Shown: in pieces, positions 15,057 through 28,361 of the stretch
Position numbering within the stretch: the first letter of the stretch is position 1
How the letters are laid out: each line of letters begins with the position of its first letter
From: Paramecium tetraurelia
Taxonomy: Eukaryota
Length of the DNA: 64,000 nucleotides
Reading direction: 5' to 3'
NCBI GenBank assembly: GCA_000165425.1
Contig: CT868074.1
Location: 496,001-560,000 of the forward strand
Program-made: the position numbers and the translations under genes
Notes under the pieces: model-generated
Databases searched by the model: none
What the model was told of the DNA's origin: nothing
Seen by the model: the letters and a program-made list of their open reading frames with translations, nothing else

Positions 15057-15334
15057 TTATTCCATAGTTTTATAATAAAATTTTATTTATTGACACAGTA
15101 AATCCTAAGATTAGGCTGATAAATTATTTATGTTTTTTTCGATTGATGGTTACATCGGAATTATCTGGAATATTTGATAAAGTTGAAATAATTAGATAAA
15201 ATAACTGAAATCAATATGTTAATAAATGATTGAGAAATCAGATCAACACCAATGATTTTACAATTAAGATTATTGGTAAAAACCAATTAAGAGGTTAAGG
15301 TAATTTAATTTAACAATTTAATTAAAATTTATTA

Positions 15335-16387
15335 TCATCTTTATAAACTTAATCCTTAAAAATAGGATTGGTAACTTAAATCTTCAGCTTCAAAAACAGA
15401 ATTTCTTCGTATTTCTTTTTTACTTTTGGTTCTAAATAAAATTAAAGTTAGAATTATTGGCAAAAAGTATGTAAATAATTTTACCAATGCATGTATAAAA
15501 GCATTCAGTGAATCTGAGAAATTATATCCTTCATCTCCAAAATGACTAATTATTCTACAATCAGACGAAATCATATATAAAAAATTAACAATCAACAAAA
15601 TTACTGATCCAAACAGGCTTATATAACACAAGATTCTTAATAATAATATTCAATACTTTAACTAAAAAAAATGAGATTTTTATTGCTTGGTTTATTATTC
15701 ATTTATAAGAAGATTTTAAATATTCTACTAAAATCTTTTGTTTAATTTTTAGACAACTGCAAGAAATCCTATTTACGTTAATAAGCTAACAGATCTGAAT
15801 ACTGTAAATGAAATTTCTAATCTAATTTTAGATATTTAAACTTACGTTTACACATCATTTACTTAGATATTGCTTCTATCACAGACATAATAAAAGTTGT
15901 AATATCTAGGATTATGAGAACTACAAAGATAATTCGAATTATATTATAATTTTTTCTTTAAGTTGAACCTACAACTAATTTTTTTCCAAAATAGAATATT
16001 AAGCACGCCTAATATACTTAAAAAATCAATTCTTCAAGAAAATAATATGTTCTATGAATTCTTTTCAGATTATATATAAAATAAACTAATATTCCTAAAA
16101 TCTTACAAATGAGCGAAAACATAATCAGTACTAATATTTTCGTCGAATTGCTCTTTAATTTTCTGCATTGTTTCCTAAAAATTAGAACAATAGTAATTGC
16201 CAGACAAATCAAACTCATTATTTCTAAAATCCAAGCTCTACAATAATTAATAAGCTTTCTGATATTACAAACAACATTCAAGAACTAAAAAATCACTAAA
16301 ACATTCTATTGCTCCTTTCATTGTTGAAAATTCCTTGTAAATTAATTCCTGTTTAAAACAATATATATTTATTTTATATACAATCAT
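15335..16387 (-). CDS. Multi-pass (about 7 TM) membrane protein of unknown function
   Basis: Hydrophobic segments in ORF-track pieces 16018-16281 and 15356-15631, joined via Gln read-through and tiny introns. Both ends are uncertain. Confidence 0.55.
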
Positions 16388-16599
16388 GTCATAATATGAT
16401 AAGTTGTAAAATTCATTCTATAAGTTCTTGTCCAATTTAAATCTCTTGGTAACCAAGTTTAATTTTATACTTAATGGCTTTTTTAGACATATAGAAAAAA
16501 TTCACAAGTATGTAATGAGATAACGCAATTTAATTGACTAATTTTTCAATTTTAATGATCAAGTCATCTAGCTTGTTTGATCATATATATTTATGAAAA

Positions 16600-17290
16600 A
16601 AATAGATATGGTTTCTGAAAGACCTTCTCCATATAAGAAAAGTTTCATATATGATAAAAGTCAAAGCAAGATGATTACATTTTTAAAACACAATTAAAAT
16701 AAGGAAACTATATTTTATCAAAAGTGCTAGATATTATGCATTCTTCTCCCGATAAGGATTTCTGACGCAATTTCATTTCGTAGCTCAACACAACGAGGCT
16801 CTAATTGTGTTGAAAATAAACTATCCAAACAAATTAGAATAAAAATATAAAACAATAATCCAGAATCTGCAGATATAATTCACTTGCACTTTTGTTTAAA
16901 GTAGTAAATCATCTGTAGGGACATAGTTCAATAGTTCATAGAGGATTTTTAGCAAATTTAATCGATAATGTATTAGGATTGTTAACTTTTTTGGCAAGTT
17001 CGGATAACTTCTTATAGCAACAACTAATTTAAAAATCAGTTACAGGAAACCTGTTAAAACTAATGATGATTACATGACAACGGCAGAAATCGAGAAAATT
17101 GAAGGAAGGAAAGTTTTCCTCAAGGTGAACATATTTGACCAAAATAAGGCAATTTGCAACTGAAGCGACGGCTGTTTTTTGATAGTTAAATGGGAAGGAT
17201 ATATCTGGAAAATGCTTTAGATAAAATTAGGTCAGCGACTCATGTTGATGAAAAATAAAAAAATGAAGGTATTAATTCAATTTAGTTACT
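16600..17290 (+). pseudogene. Hotdog-fold (PaaI/THEM4-like) thioesterase pseudogene
   Basis: Recognisable LQGHSSIVHRGFLANLIDNVLG, NLKISYRKPV, EKIEGRKVFL and EATAVF, but frameshifts near 17010-17030 and 17160 are needed to connect them. 5' boundary is approximate. Confidence 0.7.
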
Positions 17291-17361
17291 GATGCTCTGT
17301 TAAATCATAAATCATGTGTATATTCGAATAAAAAAAAGGTTAAAAATTAATAATATTAAAA

Positions 17362-18726
17362 ATGAATATTTAATAATTGATTGACTTGTTTACTCAGAGA
17401 TATAATGGACTTCAGCCACAGTTTTTAGTTAAAGCCCCTGGAAGAGTTAATGTAATCTAATCATAAATGGTAGTTAATTGGTGAGCACATCGATTATATG
17501 GGGTATGGAGTATTACCATTCGCTTTAGAACAATCTTGTTTTATGCTATTTGCTATAGATGGAAACGACATACAGATTTAGCATGCTGATGACCAATAGT
17601 TTAAACAATTCAATCTTTCTGTGAATCCCAAGGAACAATACAATGAAATCTAAAATTATGTTAAATATGTACTTGCAGGATATAGGGCAGGGATTTAATA
17701 TGGTAATGCAAATTAAGGAATCAAGATGTTGATTAGTGGTAACGTCCCATTTTCTTCAGGATTATCTTCATCATCATCTTTGGTAGTGGCATCCTCTTTA
17801 ATGAGTTTATAAGTTAGCGGAAAAACCTAATAAGATATTGATAGACAATAGTTTGTTGATTAAATTATTAAATTTGAAAGAGAAGCAGGCACAGCTTGTG
17901 GAGGGATGGATTAGACCATATCAGTTTTTGGACAAGAAGGCTCTGCGTTATATATTGAATTTGACCCATTAAGATTAACTTAAGTCAACTTACCAAAAGG
18001 GTATTCATTCATCATTGCAAATTCATTGACAGAATCAACTAAGCTAGAAACACTTGGAAAACATTACAATAAACGAGTAGTTGAATGTAGAATCGGAATC
18101 AAATTAATAGAATTAACTTTAAATCTTGGGACGAATTTCAAAACGATGAAATAATTATAGGATTATTTACAATTATCACTTGAATCCATGGAAGAGCTTT
18201 GTAAATTTATTCCAAAAGGAGAAATAGATCTAGAATAATTGGAATATTTGCATTTGCCTGTGCTTTTAGCTGATATCCCTTACTTTGAATTAGTATTAAA
18301 TTAGAATAAAAGTGTAAATCCTTACAATAGATTGGTTCATGTGGTAAAGGAAGCTTAAAGAGTTATTAAATTCAAAAATATATGTGACTCTAAAATATCA
18401 GATGATGCTAAGGCAATATTATTAGGTTAGCTGATGAATCAAAGTTAAAAATCTTGCAAAGATTTATATGAGTGTTCGTCTGAAAACATTGATACATTAA
18501 CAAGTTTGTGTATTAAGAATGGAGCTTTGGGAAGTAGACTAACTGGAGCAGGATGGGGAGGCTGCACAGTTAGTTTAGTCAAAGAGGCAGACGCTAAGAA
18601 TTTCAAAAACAAAGTATATTTTACTCTTAATACTAGATAATTGAGTTCTTCTATAATCACATTGAAAACTAAGATCATATTTTTTCAACCTAACCATCTT
18701 AAGGTGCTTCCATCATAAAACTATGA
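17362..18726 (+). CDS. GALK: Galactokinase / N-acetylgalactosamine kinase (GHMP family)
   Basis: [14 protein letters not shown] signature (split by a 22-nt intron), [27 protein letters not shown]. Confidence 0.93.
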
Positions 18727-19180
18727 TTGTAATTATTCAAAGGATTTATATTATTTGGTTTTAATTTTGAATTTGAAACTTAAAATGCAAGTAATTTTTC
18801 TTTTCTTCTCTAAATATTTATGAAATTAGATCTACTCTAATTGTTTATATTTCTTATTACTAAATTTTATATATTTCAGTATTTATTAGCTACGATTATC
18901 ATTCCTATTATCGAATTCATTTATCAATAAACTTTAAATATCTCAAAACTAAATTTTAGTAGATCATGATTAGAAAAATAAAGTAATTTAAATATATTAA
19001 AAATTTTCAAAATAATTAAGATAGATTTTATTTAATTATACTTTTTAATAACTACTTACTATTTAAATTGTTAATTGCAGAAATTACTTTTGGCCAAGCA
19101 CTTTACTTTAGTAAACATTATAATAAATATTATTGTAGATCCAATTTTATTGATATTATATTATATCAATTATATTCGAT

Positions 19181-20327
19181 TCAGAATCTAAGGCGTTGTA
19201 TGAAACTTTTAGTTTCCATATCAAATCTGGTTTCAAAAATATCAATGCATTCAACAATAATTTCTAATTAAGCATTTCTATTTTGTTATTAATTAAATTT
19301 ACCTTTATTCGGTTTATTGTCTATGGGCTCTATCGGTGTCGCTGCAGGTTTAATCCCAATCTGCTTATTCAGTAGATTTATTGAAGATAATCTTAAATAA
19401 AAAATAATAAATACAGAATCTTGAATTGAAATGTCGTTCTTGATTTCTAATATTTTTTATCCAATTCTCTCATTAGCTGCATTTAAATCAGCCACACTAC
19501 CAGACAATCTTCGATTGGCCAAAAGTAATCTCTCTTTTTGAGTTAAAAAGTCTAATTCTCTTGCATCATCTGCTCTCATTTCTTCTTTTTGAACTTAAAA
19601 GATACTGTCAACAAGAGTATCTATGATTTTAACCACCTTTTATGCAGCATTTTCTTGAGTATTTTCTTCTTATAAAACAGTCAAGAGCACATTGACCATA
19701 CTATGGAAACCTTTCTTATTTGGGAAATATTTTAAAAAGTTTTGATGATGATTCTTAAGTTCAGCAAAACTATTCTTCTTCAAAGCCCCAATTCCTTAAG
19801 ATAAGATTTTCTTTGCTTCTTAAAGGGCAGAGACTAATCCTACCAATTCATCTCTTCTTTACTCAAATTCTGTCTAATGTAATTTTATAATTAATTACTC
19901 TTTAAGCATTTCTAGCTTCTTGTAATACAGAAATTCTATCCAAGTTTCTCTACTCCTCTCCTTATTTATCAAATAATTATTGTTTCTTATCATTTTATTC
20001 CTATTAGAGTAAGGGTAGTCTTTCTTCTGATGTAGCTTTACGTTCCTTAGCAATAGTTAATACAGCAGCTGCAGCACTTGAAGCATCTTAACATGTTTTC
20101 AATTGTCCAGTTATTCCTTCATCTTCAGCTCTTTATTCATTGTTTAGATCATCTTTCATTTATTTCAAGAGATGAACAACTGTGTCCGCTGGATGTTCTT
20201 GAGATAATTAGACTTAAAGTGTTTAGATAATTGTCTTTCCAAAATCACTATTTCGTAATTAAGCAAAAAAGCCTTCATCTCTAGCAAGTGTGGCTCCAAT
20301 CAAAAAAACCAATAAAATGATCTTCAT
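19181..20327 (-). CDS. Trichocyst matrix protein precursor
   Basis: Signal peptide MKIILLVFLIGATLA, then LRNSDFGKTIIQTLQVQL, heptad coiled coils, paired Cys, and a central KKNSFAEL segment typical of TMP/GRL proproteins. Three tiny introns. Confidence 0.8.
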
Positions 20328-20359
20328 TAATTAAAATATTCAAAAACGAATACACATAC

Positions 20360-22327
20360 TCATATCATAGATATTGATGACTCTTTCCTAGGCTATTGTA
20401 TATCTTATCCTTCTGATTCATCCACTTCAGATGGCTCCTCAGAATCAACTTCCTCTTCGTCCATTTAATCTTCATCCTCCTATCCATCTTCACCTTCTTC
20501 TTAGTAATCCTCCTCATCATCAGGATTCTCTTAAAAATTAGGCTAGACATTATAATCTTCATAAGAATACCATTAGTAAATCTGAAGGAAGTGTCTTCTG
20601 AACTTTTGAAGGACTAACACTCAGATCAACCTTGCTATTTTAAGACAATAAAACTGATATGCTTCTGGCTGCCTTTTCAAGAGTCTATATGGTTTTATTA
20701 TCAGCCACAACAGCACTTTTCGTTTTAGACAAAGTCAAGGATTTCTTAGCTGAAATTTATTGTTAGAAATTCATTTGCAATTGCTACAGCTAACCTGTTA
20801 GATTTGCCAATTATTGTTTCAATTTCCTATTTTTATCCACAGCCTCCTCATTTTCTGCTTCCAAAATTAAACTTTATTTTTTAACTCTGTAATTTTCGGA
20901 TTCTAAGTTCTTGATTTTCTCTCTTAATTACTTGATCTTTTGTTCAAGTGATTTCTATTAATATAAAATTATATTACGTTATTGTTCTCTAAAATCTATT
21001 AAAATTTGTCAGAACTTTGAGGAGAATCTGATACTAATTTCAAATTCCTTATAAATTTACACAATTAAAAGGTATTGATTGTCAAAGCATAATCTGGAAT
21101 TGTAGGATGAACACACAATACTAAAGAAATTTACAATTATGGCCATCTTAGAATTTATGTCAATTCCTTTCCTTTGTCCTTCATAGCTAAAGATTCATTT
21201 AAGCCTTCTTCTGCATTTTAAAACTACTTTTAATTCAGATTTGAATTTGATGTAAAAACTATGAACTTCTTGACTTGAGATTCTTTGTTAAATTATAATT
21301 CTGTTTCAATGTACAGTTTTCTTATTTTCACATATTTCTTACTATTATCTTTAATGGTCATTTTAAGTTTGTTGAGTATTATTAATCTCAATTTTGATAT
21401 TGATAATTCGATTTCTCTTACTTTGCTTTCATTATCTCTTTTACTTTATTCTTTGTTGATAAGCACTTCACTATCACTGGGATGCTTAGTCTAGCCATTA
21501 AAGAATTCTTCATATACAATCTTTACTGTTAATTATTTGTAATCTTCATTTTATTAAAAGATTTCAAACTGTTATTTTATTTGGCTTATTAAAGTATCGA
21601 GGTATTAGATTAGAAAATGCTTTTTATTTGTTCTTGATGCCCCATATATCAAAGATAATTAATTCGATAACAGAAGTCCTTTACCCTAATGTATACTGTG
21701 CTATCTATCCAATTATTGAAGCGAGTATTAGAGATCTTGACTTATGACATCGAAATGATAAGTGTCGAAATATGATTGTTCTAATCCTGATTTAAGCTAT
21801 TTGATTACTTTAACATTTTCGTATTTTCCTTTGATAATGTCTACAAAAGGAGATTTGAAATTTTGAGAACCTTTAATAAATAGCAAACTTGCCACATCTT
21901 TTGGATGATCTTTAGTAGACTTAAGAATAGCACTGGGATTTAATTGCTTTTAAGGTGTGCTATACTAAACAATTGATTTATCAAGTTTTGATGGTGATGA
22001 AATCCTTTGACGTAGTTGTCTTATTTCATTCTTCAATTTCACATTTTCTTATTATAAATTTGACAGTGTTTTATCATAATATTTCACTTGATTGTTTTGA
22101 ATCTATTTCAGTTGATTCTTGTTGTCTTTTTGCAATTATTTTATTTATTATGATTATTCTTTGCTAGTATTCTGTAAAGACTAAAATGCATCAATAGTAA
22201 TTCCTAATTATTAGAATTAAGAGAATTGAGAAATTTGGTTTTGCAAATCAAAATTTTATTGCTACAAATATTCAATATTCTTTTCTTGGTATTAGATTTG
22301 CTCCTCTAAACTCTTGAATTACATCAT
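20360..22327 (-). CDS. Coiled-coil protein with a degenerate kinesin motor-like domain and acidic tail
   Basis: Remnants in kinesin order: YHFDVI, LIYGASRTNKKHFL (P-loop position), VKIVYEEFFNGQ, LTQILR...SLVLCVHP...YALTINTFQLCKFIRNL. D/E-rich C-terminus. Confidence 0.6.
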
Positions 22328-22851
22328 TTAATTTGTTAAATAAATTTAATTTATTTCTCAAATTTCCAATACTTCAAAATAAAAATATTATATATTCCTC
22401 CTAAAAGAAGTCAACCGAACTAAAAATTACATTATAAATTGCAATTGTTAATGAGTAATGAATGAGTCCTTTTGCACCATTCAAAATTAAGAATAATAAT
22501 CGATATATGCTGAAAATAATAATAACAAAAAGTTAGATCAAATTATATTAGAAAAATATTTTGGAAACCAAATAATTTACAATAAAATATTGGTTATAGT
22601 TGTCAATTTGCTGATTATTCTAAAATTGCCTTCTCATAGAATTTCATGAAAATTTATTGTCCAGAAATCTAGAATTAAAGATCAAATATTATAATGATTC
22701 TGTGTAGTTAATAGAATGCAACAATAATAGAAAGGATTGATGAACCAATATGAAGAACTTAGATTATTAAAATTAAAGAAAAATAGCAATTTATAAGTAG
22801 TGTAATGAAATAAATCGTAAATAAATTTATTTTAGAAAATATCATTTTAAT

Positions 22852-23742
22852 ATGCTCCTTTCTACATCTAAACTTGCAACATCAAAATTATCCAGATCAT
22901 AATTATCAAGCCCATAAAGGTCGACGGTCAATTATCTAAGCCAAGATTTGGATTCACCATCAAGACAAAGAATCAAGTTATTATCTGATAAATGGAATCA
23001 CATTCAGAATGGAATTGACAAGGATAAATTGGAGAAGAGAGAAGTATTAGAGGAGAGAATTAAAATCATTGAAGATGTGTTATCATAAGAAAAACCAAAG
23101 GATGAGTAGAAATTTAAAATACTTAAGGATTAAGTGCTTAAATTACAAGATCATGCACATAATTAAAAATCTGAAAGAGAGGTAATCATCACATAATAAT
23201 AAAGGCATTTGACGATAAAAAAGAGAAAGATTTCAGAATATTATCAGACAATGTTGCACTTTCATTTGAGCAAGAGAAAAATGCTAGAGGATAAGCAGAA
23301 ACAAAGTTATAAAAACAAATAGATGAAAGATTTGCTTAAATTACATTAACAATCACTAGAAACACCCATCAATATGAAGATAGAAGTTAAGCCAAAATAG
23401 CTGAAGTCTTATAGCAAATCTCAGTAGTAAAAAACTAATTAGATCAAGAAAGATAATCAAGGTATTTTAATTATAAAAAATTAAATTAGAGAAGAGTCAG
23501 CAGAATCTTTATCTGAATAGATTGATTCTGAAATTAATAAGTTTTCTGATTAATTACTCGTAGAAAAGAAGGTTAGAGAAGAAACGTAGGGAAAGATATT
23601 TAGAATGATCGAGGATGTTCATGGTAAATTGCAATAAGACATCAATTTTGAAAGAAGGGAGAGAGAGGCCACAACTGAAGCTTTGTTAAAACTGTTGGAA
23701 GATGCATGCATCAAAATAGATAAAAATTTTAGATCATTTTGA
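22852..23742 (+). CDS. SF-assemblin (striated/kinetodesmal fibre protein)
   Basis: S/P-rich head followed by coiled coil with EKKVREET...ERREREATTEALLKLLEDAC ending. Two tiny introns. Confidence 0.85.
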
Positions 23743-23870
23743 TTTATCATTAATAATATATATTAATTAATTTTTAGTATACAATAATTCTTTTTTAATA
23801 TTGGCTAATATAAAGGAAAACTTTATTGATACTTAAATTAATTTTAATATAAAAATTCTTTTTTTAATAA

Positions 23871-24725
23871 ATGAACAAAGATCAACTTATTAAATGGATA
23901 TAAAATGTGATTAAAACAAAAATAATGAAGAAAGAAGATTAAACTATTTTCGAATTAGAAGCTAAAATTGGAAAATTTAAGGGTCAAAATGTCCATGCCA
24001 ATAAATATTTACAATCAATCAAAGGTATGGAATAATTGGATAAAAATAATTCAAAATACTAGTTTGAATCCAAGATAAATTTAAAGCAATATAATAACGC
24101 TTATGAGTATTTAAAATAAAAGGAAAACTAAGTTGTCATTAAAAGATTAGACTTTTCACTAAACAAACAACAAAGAAACTCATTTCAAATAATCAATAAC
24201 TAAATATCAGCAGTATTGATTGAAAAGCAAAAGAATCTATAAGAAAACATCGATATCATAAATGATAAAATTCATTTCAGAATATCTCTAAATTAGGAAA
24301 AAACTCTATCAAAGAGCTTAAAGGATATCATCGCTCAAATGCCTTCAAGAAAATAACATGCAAATTTTATAAGATTGAAGCAAACCTTATTTATTAACGA
24401 AAACCATCTAGAATTTGCACTTTCAAAAGTATCTTCAATCGTCAAATATGATCCAGAATTTTAAAAGATTCTTGATGAAATTTCTTCATCAAAATGCATA
24501 AATATTCAAAATAAATTAGAATAGATCTTTAAAGATTAGAATCTGACCGATTATGAATTTGAAATAGAAATAGCATAGATAAAAGATTTTAATGATGAAT
24601 AAATTGAGCAATTATCAAAAGATCTCATACACTAAATAGATGTATTTTGGGGCATATTAAATTTCAACCAAGTTGAGGATGAATAAAAACCTGAAAAGAA
24701 AGTCAGATTGAATGAAAATGAATGA
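23871..24725 (+). CDS. mRNA-capping RNA 5'-triphosphatase, Cet1-like triphosphate tunnel metalloenzyme
   Basis: Intronless 284 aa. ELEAKIG (motif A), FES, FRISLNQE, RLKQT and YEFEIE (motif C). Confidence 0.75.
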
Positions 24726-24774
24726 TTAATATTGTAATTATTGAGTTTGTTTTATTAAATTATATTAATAATTA

Positions 24775-25362
24775 ATGAGCATATAAACCACACTTTAAAG
24801 TACTTAAGAAGAATTAACAAAATTGCAATCACTTATATAGGAACTCTCAGAAAAAGGCAATCTTGATGAAATAACAGAGGGAATGAGTCACAAAGATTAA
24901 ATTGAACTTAATCTCAACTTGGCTTATACTCTGTCTTCACTCTATTATTGTAAAATGTACTATAATTATTTAGCTTATTTAAAATTAAACTCAGTCGAAA
25001 CCTCTGCTCATCCTATTATGAATGAGTTATCTAGAATATAAGAGGCTTTCCAAAAATATTTGCCTTCATAAGTCAAACAACCAGATTAGAAATAAATGAG
25101 TCTGGATAGAGATGCTGCAAAGAGATTTATACAACCTAATTTAAAGAGCTTAGATGATAACCAAAATTATTAACACAAACAAAAAAAATTAATCGAAGAA
25201 GATAAAAATAATACTACTAGACTTGAATAACCTGTAGATATATGGAAGAATGAAAAGGATTAATAGGATTAAAATAAACAAAAATTAATTAGAGGAAATC
25301 TCATCCCCTAAACAGGTCATTTGAATTGGAAAAATCAGATTGAGAAATTAATGAAAAAATGA
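24775..25362 (+). CDS. C1D/Rrp47 (Sas10/C1D domain) exosome cofactor
   Basis: LNLAYTLSSLYYSYLKLNSVETSAHPIMNELSRIQ...LDRDAAKRFI. One 24-nt intron. Confidence 0.85.
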
Positions 25363-26050
25363 CATGATTGTATTTATTTTAAATATTAAATTAATTCTAA
25401 AATATTAATAATAATAATCCAAATAAGGTACATCACCTTAAAAATAATTTCAAAATGAATGAAACCTTAGAATATAAATGATAGGTGTTTCAATTTTATT
25501 TTATAATATGCCAAAAAATGATTTAAATGCAATTTAATCAGCATAATCAAAAGTATATCAAAATTAGATAACCATTCAGAACGATTTCGCCATATACCTT
25601 AATTATTTAACCTCTTATTAAATAAAATCAAATGAGCACACTCATAATTATTCAATACATAATTTATTGAAACTAATATGATAAATATATATTGAAATTG
25701 AAATAATGATTCTAAAGATTTAAGTTAAATTCTATTTTAATCATAATATTTTCTAATTTGAAATTCTTCTCAGTAAAAAGAGATAATAGATAATATAAGT
25801 ATTATTATTATTGATATGAAAATTGAGAGGTGACTGTTAGATATTTTATCTCTCAAAGTCTCTATACCAAATTGTAATTTTTAGAAATATGAAGTTTTAT
25901 CTCTCTGTTTATAAATGAATAATTAATATTAAATAGTAAAGTAATTTAAGCAGTAAAACCTAGTTTTATTCTCAATAATAATTTTCTTATTGTTCAGAAC
26001 TATTTCTAATCAATCTGTTATTGCATATTATAAAATGATAATTTTATATG

Positions 26051-26349
26051 TCATTATTTGCCACTTGGCCCTGGTACGCAATTTAAAATATGAATCTTAT
26101 CCCAAGTGTCACATGTCTCAGACTTCCATTGTTTTAAGCATTTACCCTAAAATTTATTGTAGTTGTTCATACTGATCTGCAACAGACTTATGTCTCAAAT
26201 CCACAAACTACACCTCCGGCACTTTGACATCTATTTGTGCAATCTAAACTCCATGGGGCAAATTAATATTCGTATCTTAAATTGCTTTATGCATTCAACT
26301 AGCTGCAAATAACTAAACCCAATAGCAAAATGAAAACGCAAAATCTCAT
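26051..26349 (-). CDS. Small secreted cysteine-rich protein (90 aa, 8 Cys after signal peptide)
   Basis: MRFCVFILLLGLVICSQ signal, then DCTNRCQSAGGVVCGFETQVCCRSGKCLKQWKSETCDTWDKIHILNCVPGPSGKQ. One 26-nt GT-AG intron restores the frame. Confidence 0.8.
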
Positions 26350-26815
26350 AATTATTAATAATAAAAACGATATTATAATTTTTGCCTAATTTAAGAGTTC
26401 ATAACTTAAGGATAAGGCAAATGATAGTTGAATTTAAAGAGAGATATTATTACAAAAAAATTAGTAAATTGTCCCTGTCAACTTAATGTTAGAGTCAATT
26501 AAAAAAATGTAATTGTTCTAAGAAATTTTTTTGAATTTAAGTCTAAATTATTAAACAGAGTTTAGAAATATAGGTATTTATTTAGTATTTATTGAAGAAA
26601 AATATCTTTTTATTAATTCTAGACAATCCATTTAATTATTTATTTTATATAATATACAATACCTATACTATGAATGAAGAGATAAATGAAATGAATTGAA
26701 TTGAATTTATCCTATAATTAGAAAAATTATAATTCTATGGAAGTATAAGGGTTTCTAATAAATGAAAAATGTTTTAATTTATTATTAAAAAATTAGTTTT
26801 TATTGTAATTCTATT

Positions 26816-28018
26816 ATGAAACAATAGGAAAAAGAGCGATACTCAGTAACCTTAACAAATGGTAACACGTAGATTTTTAACTGTTAATCACTTAACCTCA
26901 AATATTAGATCTCAAAAGTTGATTCTACTATACCTTTTGAGTTTATGATGCTTGTCAATGATAAAATCAATTATGTTTTTCAATGTAACTTAGATTTGAC
27001 TAAGTCATTTGTGAAAACAAATTAAACAAATGAATTATATAATCTGAAGTTAGTTGACATGCAACAAGTCTTTAATGAAAACTTATAATTAAAAACTAGA
27101 AATAGACAAGTTCAAGATGAAATAATAGAATGTAAAAGGAAGAATGAGGAGATAAACAATGAATGTTAAGAATTAATGAGACAAAATTAAGGGCAATAAA
27201 ATTAATTAAATATAGCAAACAATAAGATAAGAGAGTTGGAAGAAATATTAGAACAAACCTCTCAAATCGGAATGAATGCTCAAAAATCTTTGGATTCAAA
27301 TTTATAATAGAAAAATAAAGTAATACAATAAAAGGAAGAAGAAATCTATGCATTGCAGCAAGAAGTCTCAAATTAAAAAATCAAAATTTAAAGTATTACA
27401 AGGTAATTTTAAGAAAAGGAGGATGAATATAAACAAAAAATTTAAGCTGTTGAATAATCAGAAAATGAAATTCGTGATAATCTTATAAAAAGTGTAAATT
27501 AAGTTTAGGAACTATAAGCATATATAACTAATCAATATAATTAATCATGTACTCTAAAATAAGAGTACGAAAACTTTTATTAATAGATGATGCCATATTA
27601 TTAGGCCTGTTTTGAATTAAATAAAGTAAAAGAAGAACAAGATACTTCGATAGCAGATAAGGATAAAAAGATAAAAGAATTATAAAGGGAGATTACAAGA
27701 TTGAAAGAAGAAGCTAAAGAAAATTTATAGTAACAATAGGATCATGATAAGGAATAGTTGGAAAATTAAAAAAAATCATCTGAAAGGCAATAATAAAAAC
27801 TTAATAATGATATCAATGAATTAAAAAACTAAGTTACAAATTTGAAGAATTAAGTTTCAATATTAGAAGCAGGGACTCAAGAAAGAGACTAGAAAATCAA
27901 AGAACTTAAAAAGTAGTATTAGAATGTAAAAGATTTAGAAAATGAAGGAATTCAATAGAATAATTTTTTTAAAATGTCAACTGGTTAACCAGTACCAGAG
28001 TACTTAAAGAAGAAATGA
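26816..28018 (+). CDS. Long coiled-coil protein of unknown function
   Basis: Open in code 6, rich in E/K/Q heptads, one tiny intron near 27400. Start is uncertain. Confidence 0.65.
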
Positions 28019-28361
28019 ATTAAATTAAAAGTGAATATTATAAATAATTGACAATTACAATTATAATTGTATTTATAAACAATTGATATTACATATATCA
28101 TATTAGGTTGTTTTCAAAATGTATTTAAACTATTATGTTAATGAGAATGAAGTAAAAAAGGATTTGAAAGTTATAATCATATTTAATAAAGGAAACAATG
28201 AATACACAAAATATATAAGTTGCAACACTATTAATTAACATGGTTCTCATTATTGAAGAAAAAAGAATCAAATTATACGAAAAAATTTGCTTTTATAATT
28301 GTTTAAAGATAAATTCCTCAGAATTTTAAATTTAATTAATGATATAATTTACAATTTCTTA

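Noticed and set aside
22458..22810. Short plus-strand ORF-like stretch (MNESFCTIQ...)
   Set aside because: Frame breaks without convincing intron boundaries; possibly a gene remnant.
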